Shown: in pieces, positions 26,198 through 34,831 of the stretch
Position numbering within the stretch: position 1 is the stretch's first letter
Layout: the number at the start of each line of letters is the position of its first letter
Assembly: GCA_035285125.1 (NCBI GenBank)
Contig: JAYKHR010000011.1
Coordinates: 1 to 64,000, forward strand
DNA: 64,000 nucleotides
Direction: 5' to 3'
DNA from: Candidatus Sericytochromatia bacterium
GTDB taxonomy: Bacteria > Cyanobacteriota > Sericytochromatia > S15B-MN24 > JAQBPE01
Program-made: the position numbers and the translations under genes
The notes under the pieces: generated by a model
Told to the model about the DNA's origin: nothing
Seen by the model: only the letters and a program-made list of their open reading frames with translations
Database searches by the model: none

Positions 26198-26857
26198 ATG
26201 AAGCTGAACGGGTTGACCCTGGGAATGGTGTGTCTGGTTGCGGCGGGGTGCGCCTCGACGCCTGTGGCTCAGGTGGGGACGCCTCGCTACGAGGTGAAGC
26301 AGATCGGGTGTGGGGGGGCCGTCTGGGGCACGCCCGGAGCCGGCAGGGGGGCCGTCGTCGGGTGTGGCGGCAACGAGCCCTTCGCTGGCGTCGTGGTGAT
26401 TCCCGTGCCCACGCCGCCCGCCGGCGAGTCACCCGCGCCGACGCCCAGCGCGACGCCGGTGGTCGAGGTGCCCGCGCCGGCCCCGACGGGAGGACCGGTG
26501 GTAGAGGAGCCGACGCCCGCCCCGACGCAGGCGCCGGTGGTAGAGGAGCCGACGCCGGCCCCGACGGAGGCGCCGGTGGTGGAAGAGCCCACGCCGGCTC
26601 CGACAGAGGCGCCGGTGGTGGAGGAGCCCACGCCGGCCCCGACGGAGGCACCGGTGGTGGAGGAGCCGACGCCGGCCCCGACACAGGCGCCAGTGGTGGA
26701 AGAGCCCACGCCAGTGCCGACGACGGCACCGGTGGTGGAAGAGCCTGCGCCTGCCCCGACGGCGGCGCCGGTGGTGGAGGAGCCCGCACCTGCCCCGAGC
26801 CCGACGGCGACGGGGCCCGCGGTGGTCATCATCGTCTCTCCGGCCTCCGCCCGCTAG
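26198..26857 (+). CDS. lipoprotein with Pro/Thr/Glu tandem repeats
   Basis: AAGC lipobox followed by (PTEAPVVEEPTPA)n. Confidence 0.75.
   Translation: MKLNGLTLGMVCLVAAGCASTPVAQVGTPRYEVKQIGCGGAVWGTPGAGRGAVVGCGGNEPFAGVVVIPVPTPPAGESPAPTPSATPVVEVPAPAPTGGPVVEEPTPAPTQAPVVEEPTPAPTEAPVVEEPTPAPTEAPVVEEPTPAPTEAPVVEEPTPAPTQAPVVEEPTPVPTTAPVVEEPAPAPTAAPVVEEPAPAPSPTATGPAVVIIVSPASAR
26444..26794 (+). repeat. 39-bp coding tandem repeat, 9 copies
   Basis: Nine 13-aa units PxxxPVVE(E/V)P(T/A)P(A/V) with synonymous variation. Confidence 0.9.
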
Positions 26858-26894
26858 GCTCGACGCCCCTCGAGGTGCGCGCTATGCTGGCTTC

Positions 26895-27434
26895 ATGAGA
26901 ATCAGATGCCAGCTGGCGCGCGCCTTGGCCGTGGCGGTGATCGCCACGGCCTTTCCGGGGTGTGCGTGGCTGGGGGTCGCGCGGGACCTTGCCGAACAGG
27001 AGGCCAGCTTCCGCAACGACGGCGTGCGCGCGAACCTCCGCACGGTGGGCCTGGCGCTGCTCGTGTACGCGCGGGACCACCAGGGCGTCTTCCCCGCCGA
27101 CGATCGCTGGATGGCCGACCTCAGCCGGAGCTACTACCTGCCGGGCCAGCGGCTGCCCGACAACCCGTTTTCCCTGATGGGCGAGTGGGGCCAGGCCAAC
27201 GCGCCGGCCCTCGGGCCGCTGCCGCCCCTCGAGGGAGAGGCCTTCATGCCCCCCGCGCCGGGCACCGTCCTCGGCAAGGGCTCGCGGCCGACGGGGAGCG
27301 CCTACACCACCACCACCTACGGCGCGATCCTCTACGACGCAGCGCCGGACCGCCGCCGGTGCGTCCTCTACGGGGTGGGGCAGCAGGGCGACGATGCGGT
27401 GCTGGTCGACAGCCACATGCGGGGCAGCCTTTGA
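26895..27434 (+). CDS. pseudopilin-like protein lacking the class III signal; paralogue of 22256-22879
   Basis: NLRTVGLALLVYARDHQGVFP, YLPGQRLPDNPF and TYGAILY...VLYGVG correspond to segments of 22256-22879. Confidence 0.65.
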   Translation: MRIRCQLARALAVAVIATAFPGCAWLGVARDLAEQEASFRNDGVRANLRTVGLALLVYARDHQGVFPADDRWMADLSRSYYLPGQRLPDNPFSLMGEWGQANAPALGPLPPLEGEAFMPPAPGTVLGKGSRPTGSAYTTTTYGAILYDAAPDRRRCVLYGVGQQGDDAVLVDSHMRGSL

Positions 27435-28114
27435 GCCCAGGCGCCGCGCTGGTGCTGCTGCGCGGGACGCCGGCCGTGCTCGCCGAGGCCGAGGCCGCGC
27501 TGGCTCCCGACGAGGCCTGCCAGCTGGCTGGCTTCCGGGTGGAGAAGCGCCGACATGACTGGCTCCTGGGGCGGCTGGCGGCCAAGCGCGCCGGCCTGGG
27601 GCTGCTGCGCGAGGGGCAGCCGCTGACCTCGCTGGCCGTCGCCGTGGCCCCCGGCGGTGCCCCGAGCCTGTGCGACGCGGCGACGGGGGCCCCGGGGCCT
27701 GCCGTCTCCATCACCCACAGCGCAGGCTGCGCGGCGGCCCTGGCCACGTTCGGGCGCGCGGGCGTCGACCTGGAGGCCCAGCGCCCGATGCCGCCCGGGG
27801 CCGCGCGCTTCTTCCTGACGCCGGCCGAGCAAGGCTGGCTGGCGGGGGGGGACTGGGGTGCCGACGGCGAGCTGGCTGCCTGGGCGCTCAAGGAGGCGGC
27901 CTACAAGGCCCTCGGGGGCGCGCCGGGCGCCCTGACCCACCTGGCGCTCCAGCCCGCGGCCCGCGGCCAGGCGGCCACCCTGTCGCACGCGGGCGTCGAC
28001 CTGCGAGGCCGCTGGGCCATGGCGGGGGGCTTCTGCCTGGCGATCGCCTGGGTTGGGCCCGGGCCGCGCATCCTGGAGGACCTCGCGCTCGAAGCTGCGC
28101 TAGCCTCCTTGTGA
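27431..28114 (+). CDS. 4'-phosphopantetheinyl transferase (Sfp type)
   Basis: RRHDWLLGRLAAK, GAP, SITHS, GVDLE, WALKEAAYKA. The TTG start overlaps the upstream stop. Confidence 0.85.
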   Translation: MSPGAALVLLRGTPAVLAEAEAALAPDEACQLAGFRVEKRRHDWLLGRLAAKRAGLGLLREGQPLTSLAVAVAPGGAPSLCDAATGAPGPAVSITHSAGCAAALATFGRAGVDLEAQRPMPPGAARFFLTPAEQGWLAGGDWGADGELAAWALKEAAYKALGGAPGALTHLALQPAARGQAATLSHAGVDLRGRWAMAGGFCLAIAWVGPGPRILEDLALEAALASL

Positions 28115-28200
28115 CTACCCCCCCTTGAAGGCCCCTGTCAGCGCGCTATACTGGTAACCGGGGGTGGCGCGACGCTGCGCCCCGAAGGAGGGTCCCCACT

Positions 28201-29259
28201 ATGTTGCGCATGGCGCCTTTCGTGCTGGTGTTCCTGCCCGTCGTCACGGCAGTGGCTGGCCTCGTGCTGGGCGGGGCCTGGACCTGGGCGACCTTCGGCC
28301 TCATCTTCGGCCTGGTGCCCCTGCTCGACCACGTGCTCGGGGAGTCTCGTCACAACCCGGAGCCCGGCGAAACCTCGCGCCTGGCGTACTGGGGCTACCG
28401 CCTCGTGTCGTGGCTCGTCGCGCCGGCCCTCATCGCGCTGACGCTCGCCGCTGCCTGGTCCGTCTCGCACCAGGCGTGGGCCACCTGGGAGCTCGCGGGG
28501 CTGGTCGTCTCCGTGGGCATCGTCTCGGGCGGCCTCGGCATCACGGCGGCCCACGAGCTCATCCACAAGACGGGGGCGTTCGAGCGCTTCCTCGGTCAGG
28601 CACTGCTGTGGAACGCCTGCTACATGCACTTCTACATCGAGCACCTCGTCGGGCACCACAGCCGCGTGGCGACGCCCGAGGACCCTGCCAGTGCCCGCTA
28701 CGGCGAGACGCTGTGGGGCTTCTTGCCACGCTCCGTCGTGGGCAGCTGGCTCAGCGCCTGGGGCCTCGAGGCCGCCCGGTTGGCCCGGGCCGGGCACGGC
28801 GTCTGGAGCCTGCGCAACCGCATGCTGGCCTACGGCGCCCTGCCGCTGGCCGGGGCCGGGCTGCTCGCGGCGGCGTGGGGCCCCGTGGCGGGCGCGTTTT
28901 TCCTGGGCCAGGGGGTGCTGGCGTTCCTGCTCCTCGAGGCCGTCAACTACGTCGAGCACTATGGGTTGGAGCGCCGGGCGTTGCCCAACGGGCGGTTCGA
29001 GCGCGTCACCGACGCGCACTCGTGGGCCTCGGGCCTCAGGCTCTCCAACTGGCTGACGCTTCACCTGCAGCGTCACGCCGACCACCACACCCACCCCGCC
29101 CGGCGCTACGAGGAGCTGCGGTTCAGCCCGGACAGCCCCGTGCTGCCCTCGGGCTACCCGGGGATGCTCTGGCTGGCGATGGTGCCGCCCCTGTGGCGCC
29201 GGGTGATGCACCCCCGCGTCGAGGCCGTGCGGGTCCGGGCGGGCGTCAACGAGGCCTGA
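28201..29259 (+). CDS. alkB: alkane 1-monooxygenase (membrane di-iron enzyme)
   Basis: AHELIHK, EHLVGHH, VATPEDPASAR, NYVEHYG, LQRHADHH, LPSGY. Confidence 0.92.
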   Translation: MLRMAPFVLVFLPVVTAVAGLVLGGAWTWATFGLIFGLVPLLDHVLGESRHNPEPGETSRLAYWGYRLVSWLVAPALIALTLAAAWSVSHQAWATWELAGLVVSVGIVSGGLGITAAHELIHKTGAFERFLGQALLWNACYMHFYIEHLVGHHSRVATPEDPASARYGETLWGFLPRSVVGSWLSAWGLEAARLARAGHGVWSLRNRMLAYGALPLAGAGLLAAAWGPVAGAFFLGQGVLAFLLLEAVNYVEHYGLERRALPNGRFERVTDAHSWASGLRLSNWLTLHLQRHADHHTHPARRYEELRFSPDSPVLPSGYPGMLWLAMVPPLWRRVMHPRVEAVRVRAGVNEA

Positions 29260-29363
29260 TCTGAACGCCTCGCGCGGCGCTCAGGCCTTTCCTGGCCCCG
29301 GGGCGGGTCTCGTGGCAGGTTGCCATGGCCATCTGCCAGGGGAGATGCTACGCTAAGGCAGCT

Positions 29364-32300
29364 ATGTTCGTGCTGCACGGCACATGGCTGCCGAACGCAC
29401 GCTTCTTCGCGTGGGGCGAGTCTTCCGTCCCCAGCGCGCCGGGCGCCCCCGAACCCTCGGGCCCATCGGCAGCGATGCATCCCCGACTTGTCGACGATGC
29501 CAGGCTTCAAGAGGCCGGGCTCTATGGCGTTGCTGGCCGCGCCCTGGCCCTGCTGCCAGGGGTGGATGGCGAGCCGCTGGCGCCGCCGCACGCGGGCTTC
29601 GGCCCTGACCCGGCGGGGGGGCGCATCGAGTCGAGCCCCTGGACCCTGCGCGGGCGCGAGCTCGATCCGCTCGACGCCTTGCTGACGCTGGCCGGCGTGA
29701 CGCCCTCCAGCGAGCTGCAGCTCGGTGACGACTGGCGCTACTGGGCCCGCGTGGCCCAGCTCGTGCTGGAGCTCCTCGGGCGAGAGCGCTTCATGCCGGC
29801 GCTGTCGCTGACCGGGGATGCCCCCCGCGCTTACTGGCGCATCGTGACGAGCGAGCGCCAGGACGCCGAGCGTCTCGGGGCCTTGGCGCTCGCGATGCCG
29901 CCCGCCTGCCGGGCCCTCACCCAGCCCGCGCCCGAGGCCCGGACGCTCCTGCTCGCGGCCATCGACGCGATGGTGGACGCCGCCGCCCGCCACTGGGCGC
30001 CGGACGTGGGCCCCCACGGCGGGATCAGCACCTTCACCGCGGGCCAGCGCTGGTTCGGGGCCCTCCTGCAGCACGGCGACAATGCCTTCGAGGCCGAGCC
30101 GATCGAGGTCGTCCAGCTCGCGCAGCACCTCAGCACCTGGACCAAGCCGCTGATGCCGCCCCCCGAGGCACCCTTCCGCACCTGCCTGCGCCTCGAGGCT
30201 CCCCCGGAGGGCGCCCCCGACAGCAGCCCCTGGCGCCTGGAGTTCGCGCTGCAGGCCAGCGACGACCCCAGCCTGCTCATTCCTGCCCAGCAGGTCTGGC
30301 GCGGCTCCGGGGCCGAGGTCGGCTTTCTGGCGCGGCGCTTCGAGCGGCCTCAGGAGCGGCTGCTCGAGGACCTCGGCCGGGCCGGCAAGATCTTCCCGCC
30401 CGTGCAGCGCGGCCTGATGAGCGCCACGCCGGAGGCCGTCGAGCTCACGACGCCCGAGGCCTACACCTTCATGCGCACGGCCTTGCCCCAGCTCGAGGAG
30501 GCTGGCTACGGCGTGCTCATCCCGCCGTGGTGGCGCAAGGGCCATACCCGGGTGGGCGTGAAGATCACGATGCGCGAGGGGGAGGGCTTCAAGCCCGGCA
30601 AGATGGGGCAGCAGGCCCTGATCGACTACGACTGGCACCTCGCCCTCGGCGACGAGACGCTGACGCGCGAGGACTTCGAGGCCCTCGTGAAGCTCAAACA
30701 GCCCCTGCTCAAGGTGCGGGGCAAGTGGGTCGAGCTCGACCCGGCGGCCATCGACGACGTCCTGCGCTTCTTCGAGACGCAGCGCAGCGGCCAGCTGCAT
30801 GTGCTCGACGCGATCAAGCTCGCCAGCAATCCCTCGGGGCAGGCGGGCGGCCTGCCCATCGTGGCGGTGCAGGCCGAGGGCGAGATGGGAGAGTTCCTGG
30901 GCAACTTCGGCCCGGGCGACTGGCTCGCGGGCCTGACGGCGCCGGAAGACTTCCGCGGCACGCTGCGGCCCTACCAGGAGCGCGGCTATGCCTGGCTCGC
31001 CTCGATGCGGAAGTGGTGCCTGGGCGCCTGCCTGGCCGACGACATGGGCCTGGGCAAGACCATCCAGGTGCTGGCCCTGCTGCTGCGTGCCAAGGCCGAC
31101 GCCGAGGCCGTCCACGGGCCGCGCACGCGCGCCAACGCCCGGACGCAGCCTGCCCCCTGGCTGTTGATCTGCCCCACGTCGCTCGTGGGCAACTGGCGCC
31201 GCGAGGCCGAGCACTTCGCGCCTGGCCTCAAGGTGCTCATCCACCACGGCGCGGGCCGCACCAAGGGCGAGTCCTTCGCCAACGCCGTGCTGGGCTACGA
31301 TCTGGTCATCTCCACCTACACCCTGCTCTTCCGCGATCAGGAGCACCTCGCGGGGGTGACGTGGTCGGGCGTGGTGTTCGACGAGGCGCAGAACATCAAG
31401 AACGCCACCTCGAAGCAGGCCCAGGCCGCGCGCCGCGTGCCGGCGGACTGGCGGGTGGCGCTCACGGGCACGCCCGTCGAGAACCACCTGGCGGACCTCT
31501 GGAGCATCCTGGAGACGCTGAACCCGAGCTACCTGGGCAACCAGGCGGCCTTCCGCTCGCAGTTCGCCATCCCCATCGAGCGCTACAAGGACGAGCAGGC
31601 GGGCGCGACGCTGCGCCAGCTGGTGAAGCCGTTCATCCTGCGCCGACTCAAGACCGACCCGACCATCATCCAAGACCTGCCCGAGAAGAACGAGCAGAAG
31701 GTCTACTGCCCGCTCACCAAGGAACAGGCCTCGCTCTACCAGGCCGTCGTCACCGAGATGGTCGGCAAGATCGACACCAGCGCGGGCATCACCCGGAAGG
31801 GCCTCGTGCTCGCCTCGCTGACCAAGCTCAAGCAGGTCGTCGACCACCCTGCCCTGTTCCTCGGTGACAAGAAGGGTGACCTCTCAGGCCGCTCCGGCAA
31901 GCTCACCCGCCTCACGGAGATGCTCGAGGAGGTCGTCGAGGTGGGCGATCGCGCGCTCGTGTTCTCGCAGTTCGCCGAGATGGGCCACCTGCTGGTCGCC
32001 CACCTGCAGAAGACCTTCGGGCGCGAGATCCCGTTCCTGCACGGCGGCGTGCCCGCGGCGGGGCGGGAGAAGATGGTGCGCGACTTCCAGGACCGCGCGG
32101 ACGGCCCGCCCGTGCTGGTCCTCTCGCTCAAGGCCGGCGGCGTCGGCCTCAACCTGACGCGCGCGAACCATGTGTTCCACTTCGACCGCTGGTGGAACCC
32201 GGCCGTGGAGAACCAGGCCACTGACCGCGCGTTCCGCATCGGCCAGACGCGCAACGTCATGGTCCACAAGTTCGTCTGCCTCGGCACGCTCGAGGAGAAG

Positions 32301-32438
32301 ATCGACCAGATGCTCGAGGACAAGAAGGCCCTCAGCTCGCTGGTCGTCGGCGAGGGGGAGGGCTGGCTCACGGAGCTCTCCACCGACCAGCTGCGTGACA
32401 TCCTCGCGCTCCGCGACGAGGCGATCGCCGTCGACTGA
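29364..32438 (+). CDS. SNF2-family DEAD/DEAH ATPase (RapA/YwqA-like)
   Basis: LRPYQERG, LADDMGLGKT, DEAQNIKN, LTGTPVEN, SLKAGGVGLNL, DRWWNPAVENQATDRAFRIGQ. Confidence 0.95.
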   Translation: MFVLHGTWLPNARFFAWGESSVPSAPGAPEPSGPSAAMHPRLVDDARLQEAGLYGVAGRALALLPGVDGEPLAPPHAGFGPDPAGGRIESSPWTLRGRELDPLDALLTLAGVTPSSELQLGDDWRYWARVAQLVLELLGRERFMPALSLTGDAPRAYWRIVTSERQDAERLGALALAMPPACRALTQPAPEARTLLLAAIDAMVDAAARHWAPDVGPHGGISTFTAGQRWFGALLQHGDNAFEAEPIEVVQLAQHLSTWTKPLMPPPEAPFRTCLRLEAPPEGAPDSSPWRLEFALQASDDPSLLIPAQQVWRGSGAEVGFLARRFERPQERLLEDLGRAGKIFPPVQRGLMSATPEAVELTTPEAYTFMRTALPQLEEAGYGVLIPPWWRKGHTRVGVKITMREGEGFKPGKMGQQALIDYDWHLALGDETLTREDFEALVKLKQPLLKVRGKWVELDPAAIDDVLRFFETQRSGQLHVLDAIKLASNPSGQAGGLPIVAVQAEGEMGEFLGNFGPGDWLAGLTAPEDFRGTLRPYQERGYAWLASMRKWCLGACLADDMGLGKTIQVLALLLRAKADAEAVHGPRTRANARTQPAPWLLICPTSLVGNWRREAEHFAPGLKVLIHHGAGRTKGESFANAVLGYDLVISTYTLLFRDQEHLAGVTWSGVVFDEAQNIKNATSKQAQAARRVPADWRVALTGTPVENHLADLWSILETLNPSYLGNQAAFRSQFAIPIERYKDEQAGATLRQLVKPFILRRLKTDPTIIQDLPEKNEQKVYCPLTKEQASLYQAVVTEMVGKIDTSAGITRKGLVLASLTKLKQVVDHPALFLGDKKGDLSGRSGKLTRLTEMLEEVVEVGDRALVFSQFAEMGHLLVAHLQKTFGREIPFLHGGVPAAGREKMVRDFQDRADGPPVLVLSLKAGGVGLNLTRANHVFHFDRWWNPAVENQATDRAFRIGQTRNVMVHKFVCLGTLEEKIDQMLEDKKALSSLVVGEGEGWLTELSTDQLRDILALRDEAIAVD

Positions 32439-32472
32439 GCCCGCGCGCCCCCCGACCCCAGGAGCCACCCCC

Positions 32473-33606
32473 ATGAGCGACACCAACGGCCCGGATCACG
32501 GGCAAGCGGGCGGACCCAACGGCGACAGCCGGCGGCGTCGGCGTCCCCGGCGTCAGCGCGGCAAGGGGGAGCCCAGTCTGGAGACGGTGCTGAACGACGC
32601 GGCCGCCGGCGCGCCGCGGCCCGGCACGTCGCTTCGGGACGAAGCGGCCCGCAGGGGCCGCAACAACCGCCGCAAGAAGGGTCGCCAGGGCGCAGGGCCA
32701 GGCGGTGGCGCGCCCGCCCCCGAGGCCCGAGCCCGGCGCGTGCGCCCGGTGGGGCGCGAGCTCGAGGACCTGTCCGCCCAGCGGCCCGAGCCCGCTTACC
32801 AGCGCGGTGCCGAGAACTGGTGGGCCGACCGCTGGCTCTCGATGCTGTACCGCTTCGGCTGGAAGGGCCGCCTGGCCAACGGCCGGATGTACGCGGACAC
32901 GGGCCGGGTGTCGGAGTTCCGGGTGGAGACGGGGCGGGTGCGCGCGGCCGTGCAGGGCTCGCGCACCCAGCCCTACGAGGTCACGGTCCAGATCCAGCCC
33001 CTGCCCGACGCCGACTGGGACCTCGTGGTCGACATCCTCAGCTGCCAGGCACTCTTCACGGCCCAGCTGCTCGCAGGCGAGATGCCGCGCGACATCGAGG
33101 AGGTCTTCGAGGCCGCCTACGCGCCCCTGTTCCCGAGGCGCAAGGACGACATCAAGGCCCACTGCACCTGCCCCGACTGGGCGAACCCCTGCAAGCACAT
33201 CGCGGCCGTCTACTTCGTGCTCGCGGACACCTTCGACAAGGATCCGTTCTTGCTCTTCCACCTGCGCGGCCGCGACCGCGACGCGCTGATCGGCATGCTG
33301 CGTGCCGCGCGGGCGGCCGAGGCCCAGGCGGGCCCCATGGCCGTCGAGACCCTGGATGCGGGCTCGCTGGAGCCCTTCCGCTTCTGGCAGGCCGGTGAGG
33401 AGCTCGAGAACGTCCACGTCCAGATCGCAGCGCCCCCGTTTCCCGGCGCCACCGCGAAGCGCCTGGGCCGTCCCCCGTTCTGGCGCTCGCCCGCCGACGC
33501 CATCACGCGGCTGGCCGAGGTCTACGAGGCGATCGCCCACCGCGCCCGCGAGGTCGCCCTGCACGACTCGATCCTGTCCGATCGGGTGCCCACCCGCGCC
33601 ACCTGA
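32473..33606 (+). CDS. SWIM zinc finger protein with Arg-rich N-terminal extension
   Basis: CTCPDWANPCKH, AVQGSRTQPYEV, DPFLLFHLRG; lies directly downstream of the SNF2 gene. Confidence 0.9.
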   Translation: MSDTNGPDHGQAGGPNGDSRRRRRPRRQRGKGEPSLETVLNDAAAGAPRPGTSLRDEAARRGRNNRRKKGRQGAGPGGGAPAPEARARRVRPVGRELEDLSAQRPEPAYQRGAENWWADRWLSMLYRFGWKGRLANGRMYADTGRVSEFRVETGRVRAAVQGSRTQPYEVTVQIQPLPDADWDLVVDILSCQALFTAQLLAGEMPRDIEEVFEAAYAPLFPRRKDDIKAHCTCPDWANPCKHIAAVYFVLADTFDKDPFLLFHLRGRDRDALIGMLRAARAAEAQAGPMAVETLDAGSLEPFRFWQAGEELENVHVQIAAPPFPGATAKRLGRPPFWRSPADAITRLAEVYEAIAHRAREVALHDSILSDRVPTRAT

Positions 33607-33618
33607 GCGAGGTCCCAG

Positions 33619-33891
33619 ATGTCCACCCACGCCCTGTTCGTCCCGCACCTCTTCCTCGACGACCTCGAGGCCGACGGGCTGTCGCCCGAGACGGCCAAGA
33701 TGAAGGTCCACGAGCGCAAGAAGGACGTGCGCCGCATCGAAGGCGCCCTCGAGGCGCTCGGCGTGCCGTTCAAGCACGAAAAGGTGGGCACCTCGGCCAC
33801 CCTGACGGCGGCCGAGGTCGAGGCCCTGCGCGCGATCCTGCCGCCCGCCCTGCCGGGGCGCTGCGACCTGGACTTGCACCCGATCGCCTGA
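33619..33891 (+). CDS. small hypothetical protein
   Basis: 90 aa with GAGGT RBS and typical codon usage. Confidence 0.7.
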   Translation: MSTHALFVPHLFLDDLEADGLSPETAKMKVHERKKDVRRIEGALEALGVPFKHEKVGTSATLTAAEVEALRAILPPALPGRCDLDLHPIA

Positions 33892-33898
33892 GGCGGGT

Positions 33899-33955
33899 GC
33901 CTCACCCGCCCTTCGGGCACCCTCTCCACGTGTGGAGAGGGGCTGCGGGTGAGGC
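33899..33955. repeat. REP-like palindromic element (free copy of the larC insert)
   Basis: GCCTCACCCGCCCTTCGGGCACCCTCTCCACGTGTGGAGAGGGGCTGCGGGTGAGGC forms nested hairpins between convergent genes. Confidence 0.7.
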
Positions 33956-33968
33956 GGCCGCCAGAGGC

Positions 33969-34610
33969 TCAGGGCGCGTCCGGCTCGTCCGGCTCCGCCG
34001 TCGGCGGCTCCTCGCCACCTGGCTCGGCCGGCGCCGGGGGCTCGGCCGCGGGCGGGTCGGTTGGCTCGGCGCCCTGACCCAGCGTGGCGGCGAAGGCGTC
34101 CTCGAATTCCGAGATCGTGAGCTTGCCGTCCTTGTTGCGGTCGCCGGCCTCCAGCGTGACGGGGGCCTTGGCGAGCTCGGCCTCAATCAGCACGCGGTCG
34201 CCGTTGCGATCCAGCGCCGCGAAGGCCTTGCCCACCTCGTGGCGGAACGTCGCGATGGCGGCCTGCAGCACGGCCGGGTTGGTGAACTCGCGGAAGCGGA
34301 CCTTGCCGTCCTTGTTCAGGTCCAGCGAGTCGAACAGCGCCTTGGCCGCCTTGGCGGGCTCCGTCGGGGCGAGCCCGACCTGGGTCGGCATCGCCGGCAT
34401 CATCTCCTGCAGCGTGAGGTAGCCGTTCTCGTCCTTGTCGGCCGACTTGAAGGCCGCCAGGTACATCGCCCGCACGCCCTTGGCGGCGCCCTGGTAGGAC
34501 TGGGCGCGCACGCTGCCAGGGCGGCCCTTCAGCGCCACGGGGCCGAGCCCGACGCCGCATCCTCCGAGCCACGAGGCGGCCAACACCGCCGCGATCAACC
34601 TGCGAGCCAC
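33969..34610 (-). CDS. EF-hand lipoprotein (4 EF-hands)
   Basis: LGGC lipobox; DKDENGYLTLQE, DLNKDGKVRFRE, DRNGDRVLIEAE, DRNKDGKLTISE. Confidence 0.85.
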   Translation of the reverse strand: MARRLIAAVLAASWLGGCGVGLGPVALKGRPGSVRAQSYQGAAKGVRAMYLAAFKSADKDENGYLTLQEMMPAMPTQVGLAPTEPAKAAKALFDSLDLNKDGKVRFREFTNPAVLQAAIATFRHEVGKAFAALDRNGDRVLIEAELAKAPVTLEAGDRNKDGKLTISEFEDAFAATLGQGAEPTDPPAAEPPAPAEPGGEEPPTAEPDEPDAP

Positions 34611-34831
34611 GCGAGCACCTCCGTGAACGAAGCCTGGGACGGCGACAGGCGCCCGGCCCGTCGTGCTGTCTTGTCGGGGGGAGGGGGCGCGACCTGAACC
34701 GGCAACCGCAAAGGGTCGTTTATCAAGAAATTAAAAAGAGCTTAAAGTTTCCGCCCTGCCGGGCCGCTGGCCCCGGGACAAAAGGCCGAGCCGGCTGCTA
34801 CCATGGCGAACTCCCCCAGCCTCGGAGGCCC

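Noticed and set aside
26444..26794. Possible CRISPR array
   Set aside because: Contiguous 39-bp units with no unique spacers, in frame, with synonymous variation. This is a coding repeat, and no cas genes are present.
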